Positions 18,142 through 34,200 of a DNA stretch of 54,729 bases are shown piece by piece. The stretch spans positions 1 to 54,729 of the forward strand of contig CAYOXW010000002.1 in assembly GCA_964408005.1 (NCBI GenBank), given 5' to 3'. How positions within the stretch are numbered: the stretch's first letter is position 1; each line of letters begins with the position of its first letter. A program made the translations under genes and the position numbers. Below the pieces are notes generated by a model. It had not been told where the DNA came from and made no database searches. It saw only the letters and a program-made list of their open reading frames with translations. This DNA is from an uncultured Methylibium sp. GTDB taxonomy: Bacteria; Pseudomonadota; Gammaproteobacteria; Burkholderiales; Burkholderiaceae_C.

Positions 18142-19745
18142 GGGCCGGCTCCGGCGCCGGCTTCGAGCAGGGCCCGCAGCGCCTTGCGGTCGACCTTGCC
18201 GTTGGCGTTCAGCGGCCACTGCGCGATCACCTGGACCGCGCTCGGCTGCATGTAGGGCGGCAGCCGCCCGGCGACGCGTGCGCGCACCGCGGCAGCGTCC
18301 ATTGTCTCGCCGCTGACGAAGCCGACGATGCCGTCGGCCCCGCTGGCCGTGAGCGGCCAGCCGATCGCGACCGCGACGTCGACGCCGGCCTCTTCGCGCA
18401 GCACCGCCTCGATCTCGCCGAGCTCGACGCGGTAGCCCTGGATCTTGATCTGGTTGTCGATGCGGCCGAGGTAGACCAGCGGCCGGCCGTCCAGCGGGCG
18501 ACGCACCAGGTCACCGGTGCGGTAATAGGTCTCGGCGTGGCCGGCCGGCTGTACGAAGGCCGCGGCGGTGCGCTGCGGGTCCTGGTGGTAGCCGAGCGTC
18601 AGCTGCGGCCCGGTCATCAGCAGCTCGCCGGTCTCGCCCGGCGCGACCTCGGCCAGCTGCTCGTCGGCCACCAGCACCTTCATGCCGGGGTAGGGTGTGC
18701 CGATCGGCACCAGGCCGAGCTCGCACTCGGCCGGCGAGCGCTCGGCGTCCCAGCGGTACAGCGTGCAGGCGATCGTCAGCTCGGTCGGGCCGTACAGGTT
18801 CTCGAGCACCGCGTTCGGCGCCGCCTCGGCCCAGCGTTGCATCACCTCGGTCGTCAGCGCCTCGCCGCAGAACAGGCCGAGCCGCAGGCCGGGGTACTTG
18901 CCGGGCTTGAGCAGGCGCAGCCGGTTCATCAGCACCGCGGTCGAGGGCACCGAGAACCACACGGTGATGCCGCGCTCGGTGATGTACTTGCCGGGCAGCG
19001 CCTTCTCGCCCGGCGTCGGGCAGCACAGGCAGGCGCCGCGCTCCCAGCAGACGAACATGTCGAAGGCCGAGAGGTCGAAGGTCAGGTCGAAGGTCTGCGA
19101 GAAGCGGTCGTGTTCGCTGACCTGGTAGCGCTCGACCATCGCGTCGACGAAGGCCGTGACGTTGCGGTGCGCGACCATCACGCCCTTGGGCTGGCCGGTG
19201 CTGCCCGAGGTGAACAGCAGGTAGGCGATGCGATCCGGGTCGCCAGTGGGCGGCTGCCAGTTGGCCGCCGCCGCCAGGTCCTCGGGGCCGAGGAAGCGGT
19301 GGGCCGGCCAGCGCGTCGACCAGGCCGCGAGGTCGCCGCCATCGGGCAACAGCACGAGCAGCGGCGGCTCGATGCCGGCGAGCAGCTCGTCGAGCTGGCG
19401 TGCGGCATGGGCGTCGACGATCAGGCTGCGGCAGCCCGAGCGCAGCAGCATCGCGCGGCTGCGATCGATCGGGAAGGAGGGGTTCAGCGGCACATAGCCG
19501 TCACCGCGCAGCAGCGCGCCGAGCACGCCGGCGAAGGCGGTGTGCGAGCGCTGCGCGAACACCGCCGTCAGCCCCGGTTCGTCGGCGCGGGCGTGGCGTT
19601 GCAGCGTCGCCGCCAGGCGCGCGGCGGCATCGTGCAGCGCGCGGTAGTTCCAGACCGTGTCGCCGATCTGCAGGGCCGGGCGCTCCGGCCAGCGCTCGGC
19701 GCTGCTCAGGAAGCCCGAGGCCGTCGTGCGTGCGTGCCCGCCCAT
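18138..19745 (-). CDS. Stand-alone amino acid adenylation enzyme, DltA-like
   Basis: AYLLFTSGSTGQPKG, TFDLS, LFCGE, NLYGPTE, YRTGDL, QIKIQGYRVELGEIE, NGKVDR; no C or PCP domain. Confidence 0.9.
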   Translation of the reverse strand: MGGHARTTASGFLSSAERWPERPALQIGDTVWNYRALHDAAARLAATLQRHARADEPGLTAVFAQRSHTAFAGVLGALLRGDGYVPLNPSFPIDRSRAMLLRSGCRSLIVDAHAARQLDELLAGIEPPLLVLLPDGGDLAAWSTRWPAHRFLGPEDLAAAANWQPPTGDPDRIAYLLFTSGSTGQPKGVMVAHRNVTAFVDAMVERYQVSEHDRFSQTFDLTFDLSAFDMFVCWERGACLCCPTPGEKALPGKYITERGITVWFSVPSTAVLMNRLRLLKPGKYPGLRLGLFCGEALTTEVMQRWAEAAPNAVLENLYGPTELTIACTLYRWDAERSPAECELGLVPIGTPYPGMKVLVADEQLAEVAPGETGELLMTGPQLTLGYHQDPQRTAAAFVQPAGHAETYYRTGDLVRRPLDGRPLVYLGRIDNQIKIQGYRVELGEIEAVLREEAGVDVAVAIGWPLTASGADGIVGFVSGETMDAAAVRARVAGRLPPYMQPSAVQVIAQWPLNANGKVDRKALRALLEAGAGAGP

Positions 19746-19752
19746 ATGCGCC

Positions 19753-20001
19753 TCAGGCCGCCACGAAGAAGGTCGCGTACAGCGTGTCGATCGAGGTGAA
19801 GGCCTCGGGTTCGATCGCGTCGGCATCGACCTCGTCGCCGCGCAGGCTCTCGATGAAGAGCACGAACTCCACGATGTCGAGTGAGGACAGGATGCCTTCC
19901 TCGAGGATGTGCGTCGCGTCGGAGAAATCGGGGCCGGGGGCCGTCTTGGCGTGCTTGCGGATCCAGCCCCGCAGCTTGTCCTTGATCTCTTGTTCCTGCA
20001 T
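19753..20001 (-). CDS. Acyl/aminoacyl carrier protein, DltC-like
   Basis: 82-aa acidic protein, phosphopantetheine motif GILSSL, C-terminal F.SIDTL. Confidence 0.85.
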   Translation of the reverse strand: MQEQEIKDKLRGWIRKHAKTAPGPDFSDATHILEEGILSSLDIVEFVLFIESLRGDEVDADAIEPEAFTSIDTLYATFFVAA

Positions 20002-20017
20002 GGGTCCTCGGGGCCGC

Positions 20018-20881
20018 TCAGAGTGCCGGTTCTTCCCCGAGCAGACCGCACTCGAGGAAGTAGTTGACCAGCTTGGCGCTGACCTGCTTGCGCTGCGCGG
20101 CGCAGGCCGGGTGCGTCAGCGCGAGCTGGCGCAATTCGTAGCCGTCGGCCAGTCCGGCGTCGCGGTACATCGTCGGGTTGTAATAGTCGCCCCACGAGGC
20201 CCGCAGGTACTCGGCCAGCCAGGCGCGGAAGTCCGCCAGCGTCTCGTCGGACCACTTCGGGCGGTACTGCTCGAACAGCTCGGCCAGGTGGCGTCGACCG
20301 AAGGTCAGATGGCGCGCCTCGTCGATCTGGTGCACGCGGTTGATCTCGCGCACCAGCGGGTCGCAGCGCTCGTCGCGCGCGATGACCTGGTTGTAGTAGT
20401 CGCCGAGTTCCTCGACCACCATCACCTTGCAGAAGAATGCGATCTCTTCCTCGCCCTTCGAGTAGTCGCGCGGCAGCGTGATCTTCTTCTCCGGGTAGAC
20501 CTTGCCCATGTAGCGGCGGCAGAACTCGCCGAACATGACCATGTGCTTGTTCTCTTCGTCGACGAAGTGGTGCAGGTACTCCGTCACCGGCATCGTGCTG
20601 CTCTTGGCATACAGCCGATGCACCAGCCCCTGCACCAGCGGACGTTCGCCCTGCAGCACGAGGCTGAAGAAATTGCCGATCTCGTAGAAGCTCAGGCGCT
20701 TTTTCTGAGCCTCATCGAGCGCGGCCCAGGCATCCGTACCGTAAATCGAGATCAATTCGGGCGGCATGCACCATGCGCCGTCTTGGAGATGCTCGGGCCA
20801 GTCGAAGGCGCTGTAGGGATCCCACAGCTTCTTGCGCGACGCACGGGTCAGTCGCGAGGCGAGGTCGGACGCGGTTTCCAT
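20018..20881 (-). CDS. AurF-like diiron oxygenase (N-oxygenase family)
   Basis: Ferritin-like ligand pattern: E (QGE), DEENKH, EE, H..DEARH; WDPY..FDW N-terminus; RBS GGAG before ATG20881. Confidence 0.82.
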   Translation of the reverse strand: METASDLASRLTRASRKKLWDPYSAFDWPEHLQDGAWCMPPELISIYGTDAWAALDEAQKKRLSFYEIGNFFSLVLQGERPLVQGLVHRLYAKSSTMPVTEYLHHFVDEENKHMVMFGEFCRRYMGKVYPEKKITLPRDYSKGEEEIAFFCKVMVVEELGDYYNQVIARDERCDPLVREINRVHQIDEARHLTFGRRHLAELFEQYRPKWSDETLADFRAWLAEYLRASWGDYYNPTMYRDAGLADGYELRQLALTHPACAAQRKQVSAKLVNYFLECGLLGEEPAL

Positions 20882-20932
20882 GATCAAGACTCCATGACAA
20901 TGATCAAAGAGAGGCGGATGTCGCGGTGTCCA

Positions 20933-22045
20933 TCACAGGGCCATCGGTCCGTGACCGTCGAGGTTCGTCATGTGCAAACCCTGCGCGCTTTCGTCGAACG
21001 GCTCGAGCAAGGCCCTCAGGGCAGGTGACGCGGCGAACAGGCGGCGCTTCTTGAACACGAAGTAACCGTTGTCGGCCAGCGCCCGAACCCAGCCTGGATG
21101 CGCTTGGTTTGACACGATCACATCCACCCCTCGATCGCGCAGGAACCGCGTCGCCGCAGCCACCACTGCACCTGCATCAGATGGTCGGGCCAGTGTATCA
21201 ATGATGGAACCGACGCGAAGGTCTCCGAAGCGCGCGTCCCCCTGCATCTCGGTGTCCATGACGACGGCCCAACCGAGAACTTTTCCCGCTTCCTCGACCT
21301 TCAGACGCATGGCCGGCGGCCAGCTGTCGCAGGGCAGCAGTGCGTTCATCGACGCGGCGTCCCGCACGGCGATGGCCGCGTAGTCATCACGGCAGGCCAG
21401 CCACAGCTCGTCCGCCCAGGCGTCGAACTCGGCGACCTCGCGGGCGCTCGCATCGGTGCTCCCGCGGCGGCGCAGCCACTGCAGCCCGCGCAGCGCCACG
21501 GCGCCAAGGCCGCTCCAGGCGAGCAGGTCGAGCAGGGCGCGGCGCAACGACGTGCCGCGCAGCAAGCGGTTCAGCCTCAGGAAGCGTCCGGCACGGACCA
21601 CGAGCAGCGCGAAGTCGGTCTCGTGCATCGTCCAGCCCATCTTCTGCAGCATCTGCACGACCGGCTGCTCGTTGCCACCGTGGCCCCAGCTGTACAGCGC
21701 GGGGCGCTTCTTCAGCATGTCGCGCATCATGCGCAGCCCCAGGGTGTTGAAGCGCGGATCCACCGAGCCTTCGGAAAACGGCCCCTGCCAGTCGGTGATC
21801 ACATGAACCGCGCCGCGCACCCACCAGTCCTGCGGCTTGAGGGCGTAGGCGCCACGGACCTGGCCGTCATCCTCGACGGCCAGGTGGTACTCGCGCCAGA
21901 CCTGGATGCCGGGCTGCCTGGGGATCCAGTGCGGGTCGGGGTCGACATAGAAGCCCCAGGGTGAGCCGCCGGCTCGCATGCGCTGGTTGAAGGCTTCTAC
22001 GGCCGGGCTGTGACGGCGCTCGTGGGGGACGATCTGGATAGGCAT
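20933..22045 (-). CDS. Hypothetical protein, probable tandem GNAT-fold acyltransferase
   Basis: Soluble, about 370 aa. Motif-A-like VDPRFNTLGLRMM...QMLQKMGW, followed by a second repeat (FDAWADELW...VRDA..MN...VLGWAV...IIDTLA) typical of EPS-associated GNAT proteins. Family call is tentative. Confidence 0.55.
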   Translation of the reverse strand: MPIQIVPHERRHSPAVEAFNQRMRAGGSPWGFYVDPDPHWIPRQPGIQVWREYHLAVEDDGQVRGAYALKPQDWWVRGAVHVITDWQGPFSEGSVDPRFNTLGLRMMRDMLKKRPALYSWGHGGNEQPVVQMLQKMGWTMHETDFALLVVRAGRFLRLNRLLRGTSLRRALLDLLAWSGLGAVALRGLQWLRRRGSTDASAREVAEFDAWADELWLACRDDYAAIAVRDAASMNALLPCDSWPPAMRLKVEEAGKVLGWAVVMDTEMQGDARFGDLRVGSIIDTLARPSDAGAVVAAATRFLRDRGVDVIVSNQAHPGWVRALADNGYFVFKKRRLFAASPALRALLEPFDESAQGLHMTNLDGHGPMAL

Positions 22046-22235
22046 GCAGGCGGGGCGCAGGGCGCATCGGCGCAACGGGGGCGGCGACGCTAGTGTGGCA
22101 CTGCCGCTGTGCGATGCCCGGCGCCCGCGCCACCCTCAGGCGTGGCCTTGACCACGCGGCGGCGTGTGGGTCAACTCTCCGCCATCGAAGACGGTTGCTG
22201 CGTTCAGGGGGTGACGAGCCATGCGAAGCGGGGCG

Positions 22236-23339
22236 ATGGACAGGCGGGAATTCGGGCGGGCGATGGTTGCGCTGGGAGTGGGTTGCGTGGGCGCGGCTGC
22301 GTTGGCGGAGGTGCCAACCGCGGCGGCCTGGCAGCAGCGCTCGGCGGTCACCTACTTTGTGTCTGGCCACAGCCTGACCGACGATCCCTACGCGCACTAC
22401 GTTGCGCAGCTTGCGCGAGGCTTCGGCTTCACCGCGCAGTGGAATCAGCAGATCGGGATCGGCTCGCCGATCCGCGGGCGCACCCAGCCGGTGCTGGGTG
22501 CCGGCTGGACCGGCTATTCGAGAGGCAAGAACCGCGACGGCCGCGACATGGACGTGCTGGCGGAACTCGCTGCGCCGCGCACCGTGAAGGGCCGCTACGA
22601 CACGCTGCTCATCACCGAGACGATCGACATCGTGGCGGACATCCAGTTCAACAACACGGTGCGGCTGTTGCGGCATTTCCATGAGCGGCTGATCGCCGCC
22701 GAACCGGCCGGGCGCAGTTTCTTTTTCCACGGCTGGTCGCGGCTGCCGGACCTGGCCGACCCCGCGGCCTGGGTCGCCCACGAGCGGGCCACCCAGGCGA
22801 GCTGGCGCGCCGTCGCGGCGCGGATCAACCACAGCCTGACCGCCGAAGGCCGGACGGACCGGGTCATGGACCTGCCGATCTCGGGCGCGCTGGCCCAGTT
22901 GGTCGAGCGCGCGACGAGTGGTGACATGGCCGGTATCAGTCAGCCGTCGAAGGGCGCGACCGTCGCCCTGTTGTTCAGCGACAACGTGCACCTGACGCGT
23001 ATCGGCGTGTACTACATCGCCTGCGCGACCTACGCGGCCATGTACGGACGCTCGCCGTCGGGGGGCTGGCGCCCGCCGGAAGTCTCGGCGGTGCAGGCGG
23101 CGTCGCTGCAGGCACTGGCCTGGGACTACATCAGCCACTACTACCGTAGCGTCGCGCCGATGTCGCTCGCCGAAGCCCAGGCCCACATGGCCGGCGACGC
23201 CTGCGCGACCTTCTGGTCCTGGAATGGCCGGCCGCAGAACGCGAACTATTGCCGCACGATGCTCTCGGCGCGCAATGCCAGCAACCCCTTCCACTACGAC
23301 GCCGCCACCGACCACGGCTACTGGTTTGCGCCGCCCTGA
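22236..23339 (+). CDS. Tat-exported SGNH/GDSL-like esterase or acyltransferase
   Basis: Twin-arginine signal DRREFG...AALA, block I-like FVSGHSLT and block V DNVH (DxxH). Alternative start ATG22221. Confidence 0.65.
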   Translation: MDRREFGRAMVALGVGCVGAAALAEVPTAAAWQQRSAVTYFVSGHSLTDDPYAHYVAQLARGFGFTAQWNQQIGIGSPIRGRTQPVLGAGWTGYSRGKNRDGRDMDVLAELAAPRTVKGRYDTLLITETIDIVADIQFNNTVRLLRHFHERLIAAEPAGRSFFFHGWSRLPDLADPAAWVAHERATQASWRAVAARINHSLTAEGRTDRVMDLPISGALAQLVERATSGDMAGISQPSKGATVALLFSDNVHLTRIGVYYIACATYAAMYGRSPSGGWRPPEVSAVQAASLQALAWDYISHYYRSVAPMSLAEAQAHMAGDACATFWSWNGRPQNANYCRTMLSARNASNPFHYDAATDHGYWFAPP

Positions 23340-23352
23340 CACGCTCCCGCCG

Positions 23353-23406
23353 CGGCCCGCTGTGGGTGAACGCATACACTCATCTAGGGGGGCGCGGGCC
23401 GTCTTT
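23353..23406 (+). terminator. Possible intrinsic terminator after the SGNH gene
   Basis: CGGCCCGC (23353-23360) pairs with GCGGGCCG (23394-23401) and is followed by TCTTTT. The loop is long (33 nt), so the call is uncertain. Confidence 0.3.
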
Positions 23407-23528
23407 TGTCCAATTGTCGACGTTCGACGCGCCCGGCTGACCTGCACGGCATGACAGGGCCTGCGGCGGGCGGCACCATCGCGATCCGGCGCTTTGCGTC
23501 GCCCCGTTTCAGTTCCTCTCCAGACGCC

Positions 23529-28202
<4,674 letters not shown>

Positions 28203-28260
28203 TGAGGACCCTGCAGACCGCGGCCCGCGTGCCGGGCCACCGAGCGGCGTGAACCAGACG

Positions 28261-31200
28261 ATGACCGAGCCTGTGAACGACAACGACATCGCCATCGTCG
28301 GAATGGCGGTTCGCCTGCCCGACGCCTCGACCCCCGAACAGTACTGGGCCAACCTCGCGGCGGGGCACGAGTCGGTGCGCCACTACAGCGATGAGGAACT
28401 GCTCGCCAGGGGCGTGTCGCCGGCGACGCTGGCCGACCCGAACTACGTCAAGGCCGGCATCCCGCTCGGCGGACTGGACCAGTTCGACCCGGAGTTCTTC
28501 GGCTTCAGCCCGAAGGAAGCCGGCATCCTCGACCCGCAGCACCGCCAGTTCTACGAGGCCTGCTGGGAGGCGCTGGAGAGCACCGGTCACACGCCGGAGC
28601 GCTTCCCCGGCGCGATCGGCCTGTTCGGCGGCTGCGGCATGGGGGCCTATTTCACCTTCAACCTGCTGACGAACCCGGAGCTGGTCGACAACGTCGGCCT
28701 CTTCCTGCTGCGCCACACCGGCAACGACAAGGACTTCCTCGTCACGCGGGTCTCCTACGCCTTCAACCTGCAGGGCCCGAGCGTCAACGTGCAGACCGCC
28801 TGCTCGACCTCGCTGGTCGCCACCCACATGGCGGTGCAGAGCCTGCTGGCCGGCGAGTGCGACATGGCGCTCGCGGGCGGCGTGACGATCGAGCTGCCCC
28901 ACGGCGTCGGCTACCACTACAAGGAGGGCGAGGTGCTGTCGCCCGACGGGCATTGCCGCACCTTCGACCACCGCTCCAAGGGCACGGTGTTCGGCAGTGG
29001 CGCCGGCGTCGTCGTGCTGCGCCGGCTGGCCGACGCGCTGCGCGACGGCGACCCGATCCGCGCCGTCATCAAGGGCAGTGCGGTCAACAACGACGGCTCG
29101 CGCAAGGTCGGCTACCTGGCGCCCAGCGTCGATGGCCAGGCCGCCTGCATCACCGAGGCGCTCGCGGTCGCGGATGTGTCGGCCGACTCGATCGCTTATG
29201 TCGAATGCCACGGCACCGCGACGCCGGTCGGCGACCCGATCGAGATCGCCGCACTGACCCAGGCCTTTCGCGCCTCGACCGAGCAGGTGGCCTACTGCAA
29301 GGTCGGGTCGGCGAAGACCAACATCGGCCACCTCGACACCGCGGCCGGTGTCGCCGGCCTCATCAAGGCGACGCTGGCGCTCGAGCACCGCCAGATCCCG
29401 CCCTCGCTGAACTTCGAGGCGCCCAATCCGCGCATCGGCTTCGAGGGGGGGCCCTTCGTCGTGGCCGACCGACTCGCCGACTGGCCGCGCGGTGCGACGC
29501 CGCGGCGTGCCTGCGTCAACTCGCTGGGCGTCGGCGGCACCAATGCCTTCGTCGTGCTCGAGGAGGCGCCGGCACGTCCCGCCGCGGCGCCCGATGCGTC
29601 GCCCCAGCTGCTGCTGCTGTCGGCGCGCAACCGCAAGGCGCTCGACGAGCAGGGCCGGCGCCTGGCCGATTGGCTGAAGCAGCATCCGCAGGCCCCGCTG
29701 GCCGACGTCGCCTGGACGCTCAGGCAGGGCCGGCGCGGCTTCGAGCAGCGTCGCGTGCTCGCCGCGGCGAACGCCGAGGAGGCGATCGCGCTGCTCGACA
29801 GCGGCGACGCCAAGCGCGTCTACACGCACAGCCACGAGCTCGAGCATCCGTCGCTGGTGTTCATGTACCCGGGCGGCGGCGCCCAGTACGTGAAGATGGG
29901 CCGTGGCCTCTACGACGCCGAGCCGGTGTTTCGCGAGTGGGTCGACAAGGGCCTCGCGATCCTGAAGAACCGCTTCGGCGCCGATCTCGCACCGGTGCTG
30001 CTGCCGCAGGGCGAGACGACGCCCGGGATGATCGAGGCGATCGCCAAGCCCGCCAACCAGCTTGCGCTGACCTTCCTGGTCGAGATCGCGCTGACGCGGC
30101 TGTGGGAGCACTACGGCGTCAAGCCCGAGGCCCTGATCGGCCACAGCATGGGCGAGAACACCGCCGCCTGCGTGGCCGGCGTGTTCAGCTTCGAGGATGC
30201 GCTGGGCCTGCTGCTGCTGCGCGGCCAGCTCGTCGGCGAGGCGCCCAGCGGTGGCATGGTCAGCGTGCCGATGCCCGCGGCCGACCTGCGGCCGCTGCTC
30301 GACGAGTTCGGTCTGGACCTGGCCTCGGCCAACAGCCCGCAGCTCTCGGTGGCCTCCGGGGCGCCGGCCGCGCTCGACGCGCTGGTCGAGCGGCTGCGGG
30401 CCCTGGGCATCGACAGCCAGCGCGTGCGCGTCAACGTCGCTGCGCATTCGCGCCTGCTCGACGGCATCCTGCCGCGCTTTCGCGACTACCTGCGCAGCAT
30501 CAAGCTGTCCGAGCCCAAGCTGCCCATCGTCTCGAACCGCACCGGCCGCTGGCTCGAGGCGGCCCAGGCCACCGACCCCGAGTACTGGGTCGCGCACCTG
30601 CGCAATTCGATCCTGTTCGCCGACGGCACCGAGACGCTGCTGGAGTCCGACAACCGCGTCTTCCTCGAGGTCGGCCCGGGCAACATGCTGGGCTCCTTCG
30701 TGCGCCAGAACCCGCGCGCGCCGGCGCCGCGGGTGCTGTCCTCGATGCGCCACCCCGAGGACGCGACGCCCGATCTCGTCTACTTCCGCACCGTGATGGG
30801 TCGGCTGTGGGCGCTGGGCGTCGACTTCGACGCGATCAAGCTCTGGGGCAAGGGCCGGCGTCGCCTGCCGCTGCCGACCTACGCCTTCCAGCACGCCAGC
30901 TACTGGATCGAGCCGGGGGCCGGCAGCACGGCCGCGCAGTCCGACGCGAGCCGGCCGATGAAGCTGCCCGAGCTCGCCGACTGGTTCCGCCAGCCGCGCT
31001 GGGTGCAGCAGGGCGTGCTCGAGCTCGACGCGACGCCGCGCACCTGGCTGGCCTTCCACGGCCGCGAGCCGCTCGGCGACGGCCTGGTCGCGGCGCTGCG
31101 TGCCGCTGGCCACCGCGTTGTCTCGGTGCTGCCGGGCGACACCTATGCCCAGCTCGACGAGCACACCTACACGCTGGCGGCCGAGGCCGGCGGCGTCGGC

Positions 31201-34200
31201 TACCAGGAGCTGCTCGACGCGCTGGCCGCGCGCGAGATCGTCCCCGAGCGCATCCTGCACGGCTGGCTGATCACGCACGACCGCGCCTTCCGGCCCGGCT
31301 CGACCTTCTTCCACCGCAACCAGGAGCACGGCTTCTACTCGCTGTTCCACCTGGCGCGGGCGCTCGGCAAGTCCGGCCTGGCCGAACGCGGCGCGCACCT
31401 GGTGGTGCTCGCCAACGGCAGCCAGCGCGTCGGCGACGAACCCTTGCTCTTCCCCGACAAGGCCACCGCGCTCGGCCCCTGCGGGGTGATCCCGCGGGAG
31501 TTCCCGCGGCTCAGCTGTGCCTTCGTCGACGTCGACCTCGGTCTGACGCGCCTGAACGGCAAGCGCGCGCCGGCGTCCGAGGCGGATGTCGCGCGGCTGC
31601 TGCGCGATCTGCCCGAGGAACTGGCGGCCCAGCCCGGCAGCCGCGTGGTCGCCTGGCGCGACGGCGTGCGCTGGCAGCGTCACCTCGGCGCCTCGCGGCC
31701 GGCGCCGGCCGAGGCCGCGCCCAAGCTGCGCCGTGGCGGCTGCTACCTGATCACCGGCGGCCTGGGCGGCATCGGCGGCGTGATCGCCGACTGGCTGGCG
31801 CGCGACTACGGTGCCAGGTTGGTGCTGCTCGGCCGCACGCCGCTGCCGGCGCGCGCCGACTGGGATGACTGGTTGGCGCGTCACGATGCGGGCGACTCGA
31901 TCGCGCGCTCGATCCGCAAGGTGAGGGCGCTCGAGGCCGCCGGCGCGAGTGTGCTGCCGCTGGCCGCCGACGTCGCGGTGACCGACAGCATGGCGGACGC
32001 GCTCGCCGAGGCGCGCCAGGCCTACGGCGAGCTGCACGGTGTCTTCCACGCCGCCGGCGTGATCCGCGACAGCCTGATCCCGATGAAGAGCGCACGGGAC
32101 ATCGAGGACGTGTTCTCGGCCAAGGTCTACGGCACGCTGGTGCTCGACGAGCTGCTGCGCAATGCGCCGCTCGACTTCATGCTGCTGTTCTCGACCACCA
32201 GCACCTGGACCGCGCCGGCCGGCCAGGTCGATTACGTCGGCGCGAGCGCCTTCGTCAATGCCTTCGCCGAGTCCTGCCACGGCCAGCGCCGTTACCCGGT
32301 GACCGCGTTGGCCTGGGGCATCTGGAAGGATGTCGGCATGGTCGGTCAGCTCGCGGCGGCAGGGGACGCCCATGCGGCGCAGGGCCAGGCCCTCGCGGTG
32401 GCGAGCCCGCATTTCGACGAGCGCCGCGTGTCCCGCGACGGCCTCGCGCAGGTTCACACTTTCAGCGGCACGCTGTCGGCCGAGGCCGACTGGGTCATCG
32501 CCGAGCACCGTCTCGGCAGCGGCGAGGCGCTGCTGCCGGGCACCGGCTACCTCGAGCTGGTCCGCGCCGCGCTTGCCGAGCTCGGCCAGGATGCCTCCTG
32601 GCAGCTCAGCAACCTGGTGTTCGAGACGCCGCTGTTCGTCGGCGACGGCGCGCCCCGCCGCTTCCGTCTGGCGCTGCGCGGCGACGCGCAGCGCTGGGAG
32701 GTCGAGTGGTCGGCCGAAGCCACCGACGGCGTCTGGGAACGCTGTGCGAGCGCGCGCGTCACCGCGGCGTCCGAGGCCCGCGCGGCGGACCTGCCGCTCG
32801 CCGAGATCGAGGCGCGCTGCCAGCGCGCCGTCGAGACCGCCGGGGGCCCCGGCGCGCTGCGCACGCGGCAGGAGAGCCACCTGCAGTTCGGCCCGCGCTG
32901 GCGCGTGCTCAAGCGCCTCGCGCTCGGCGAGCGCGAGGCGCTCGCGCGGCTGCAGCTGCCGGCCGAGTTCGCCGCCGACCTGACCGACTTCGGCCTGCAC
33001 CCGGGCGTGGTCGACATCGCGACCGGCTGCGCGATGGACCTGATCCCCGGCTATGCCGAGGCCGACGTCGCACAGAACCTGTGGGCGCCGATCTCCTATC
33101 GCGGCCTGCGCTTCCACGCGCCGCTGCCGGCCGAGGTGCACAGCTGGATCCGGCTCGCGAGCGACGGCTCGGTGCGCAGCGACTTCGCGGCCTTCGACGT
33201 GACGCTGAGCGATGCCCAGGGCCGCGTGCTGGCCGAGGTCGACCGCCTGACGCTGCGCCGCCTCGACGGTCCCTGGCACGCGCCGCGGCCGCGGCCGGCG
33301 GCGAGCCATGTCGAGGAGGCGGCCAGTGAGCCGTCCGCGGCGCGCGCCAAGCCGGCCTCGCCCGGCGAGCTGGCGCTGCAGCACAACGTCAGCCAGGGCA
33401 TCGACCCGGCCGAGGGCATCGCCGCGCTGCGCCGCCTGCTGGCCGGCGAGCTGCGCGCCGAGCAGGTCATCAGCTCGATGGACGTTGCCGCGCTGGGCGC
33501 CCAGGCCGAGGCGGTCAGCCGCGCGTCGAACGCGAACGCCGATGCGGCGCGCTTCTCGCGCCCCGAGCTCGACAGTGACTTCGAGCCGCCGCGCGACGCG
33601 GTCGAACGCACGCTTGCCGAGCTGTGGGCCAAGTTGCTCGGCGTCGAGGGCGTGGGCATCCGCGACAGCTTCTTCGATCTCGGCGGCCATTCGCTGATCG
33701 CGGTGCGCCTGTTCAACGAGATCAGCGACAAATTCGGTGCCGACCTGCCGATGTCGGTGCTGATGCAGTCGCCGACGATCGCGGGGCTGGCCGAGCTGGT
33801 GCGCGGCGGGCCCTATGTCGAGGGTGCGGACGAGGGCGCTCCGCCGGCCACCGCCGCGGCCAGCGCGCCGGCCGCGCTGCGCTTCCGCCATGTCGTGCCG
33901 ATGCACGCCGGGCCGGTGGCCGGGCGCACGCCGCTGTTCATCGTCGCCGGCATGTTCGGCAATGTGCTGAACCTGAGCCACCTGGCCAACCTGCTCGGCG
34001 AGGACCGGCCCTTCTACGCGCTGCAGGCCCGCGGCCTGTATGGCGATGCGGCGCCGCACGAGAGCTTCGAGGAGGCCGCGGCCGACTACCTCGTCGAGCT
34101 GCGCCAAGTCCAGCCCGAGGGGCCCTATCTGCTCGGCGGCTTCTCGGGTGGCGGGTTGATCGCCTACGAGATGGCGCGCCAGTTGATCGAGGCCGGCGAG

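Noticed and set aside
18138..20255. N-terminal extensions in the ORF track suggesting fusions (705-aa A enzyme; likewise 1166-aa hydrolase, 697-aa GT2, 586-aa DUF1839, 421-aa ACP, 344-aa UbiE)
   Set aside because: The extensions run out of frame through neighbouring genes. Downstream starts with ATGA/GTGA coupling or an RBS give normal family lengths.
22096..22112. TGGCAC as a sigma54 promoter in the divergent GNAT/SGNH gap
   Set aside because: The -12 position reads GT rather than GC at the required spacing.
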